This document shows, in pieces, positions 63,244 to 64,000 of a stretch of DNA of 64,000 nt (the first letter of the stretch is position 1; each line of letters starts with the position of its first letter). The DNA comes from an uncultured Chloroflexia bacterium (GTDB lineage Bacteria; Chloroflexota; Limnocylindria; QHBO01). Made by a program: the position numbers and the translations under genes. The notes beneath the pieces are model-generated. The model had not been told where the DNA came from, ran no database searches, and saw nothing but the letters and a program-made list of their open reading frames with translations. The stretch spans positions 576,001 through 640,000 of the forward strand of contig CAWHAZ010000005.1 in NCBI GenBank assembly GCA_963827475.1. The letters run 5' to 3'.

Positions 63244-63993
63244 GTGGGCATCTTCCGACGCCTCGAGGGATTCCTCGAGCGGGTGGTCGAGGCGCCCGCC
63301 GGACGCATGGGGGCGGCACCGCAGCCGGTGACCCTGGCCAAGCGGATCGCGCGCGCCATGGACACCAACAAGCGTTTCGGCGAGGACGGCGTGATCGTCC
63401 CCAACCGCTATGTCCTGCACCTCAGCCCGACCGACTACGCCTCCTTCGAGTCGTACCACGGGTCGCTCGAGGACGACCTGGCGCATGACGTGCTGACTCG
63501 CGCCCGGAAGGAGGGCTACCGCCTGATGGCCCGTCCCCGGGTCATTCTCCGTTCCGACAGCCTGGTCCCACGGGGCGAGGTCCGCGTGGCGGCGGCGGTC
63601 GCGGATGACGAGGCGGCGCCGATCGAGGCGCGACCGGAGGCGGATGCGACCGCCGTCCTGGCCCGTGCCGGTCACGCCGTCCCGGAGCCGAATACGGCCT
63701 CGCGCGCCTACCTGGTGGTCCAGACCGATGGCGGCCCGGCCGCCCGCTTCGACCTCGGTGGCGCGCTGATCGCCGTCGGCCGGGCCGCCGACAACGACGT
63801 GATCCTCGACGACCCGCAGGTCAGCCGCCATCACTGCCAGCTCAAGCTGCAGCACGGGGCATATGGGTTCGTCGACCTCCAGAGCCGCAACGGCTCGACG
63901 GTGAACGGCCAGCCAGTCGAGGAGATCGCCCTGGCCGATGGCGATCGGATCCGGGTCGGCAACACCAGCATCGAGTTCCGGCTGCGCGGATGA
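63244..63993 (+). CDS. fhaA: FhaA-like DUF3662 + FHA domain protein
   Basis: QPVTLAKRI..VPNRY; FHA motifs GR..SRHH..SRNG; a further ATG overlaps the stop at 63990. Confidence 0.88.
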   Translation: MGIFRRLEGFLERVVEAPAGRMGAAPQPVTLAKRIARAMDTNKRFGEDGVIVPNRYVLHLSPTDYASFESYHGSLEDDLAHDVLTRARKEGYRLMARPRVILRSDSLVPRGEVRVAAAVADDEAAPIEARPEADATAVLARAGHAVPEPNTASRAYLVVQTDGGPAARFDLGGALIAVGRAADNDVILDDPQVSRHHCQLKLQHGAYGFVDLQSRNGSTVNGQPVEEIALADGDRIRVGNTSIEFRLRG

Positions 63994-64000
63994 CCGAACC

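Overview
A very GC-rich bacterial chromosome segment. The gene content (T-box-valS, fhaA, Bacillus-type branched-chain keto-acid dehydrogenase, actinobacteria-like aceE) suggests a Chloroflexota/Terrabacteria genome; this is an inference. The assembly appears to carry many single-base indels, including in aceE, lpdA, lipA and the E2 gene. The window is mostly housekeeping and metabolic: several ABC/APC/MFS transporters, four tRNAs (His-GTG, Arg-TCG, Lys-CTT, Leu-TAG), aceE, plsY-pgsA, lipA/lipB, an lpdA-E1alpha-E1beta-E2 cluster, an M16 peptidase pair, tig-clpP-clpX, T-box-valS and fhaA. The most interesting items are: (1) a cyanophycin locus where cphB-cphA is joined by a second CphA-like protein that lacks the ATP-grasp domain but keeps an intact Mur-ligase domain, divergently paired with an M20 peptidase across a 24-bp gap; (2) a 585-bp integrase-free islet with one DHFR-fold gene, flanked by a 51-bp duplication of the tRNA-His 3' half; (3) a translationally coupled DUF2089/DUF4097/SHOCT-like operon led by an unannotated 47-aa ORF, with an 11-bp direct repeat around its -35 box; (4) many TANNNT -10 boxes 6-10 nt before start codons, pointing to widespread leaderless mRNAs; (5) a tRNA-Arg with the uncommon TCG anticodon. 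No CRISPR array, rRNA, transposase or integrase was seen.
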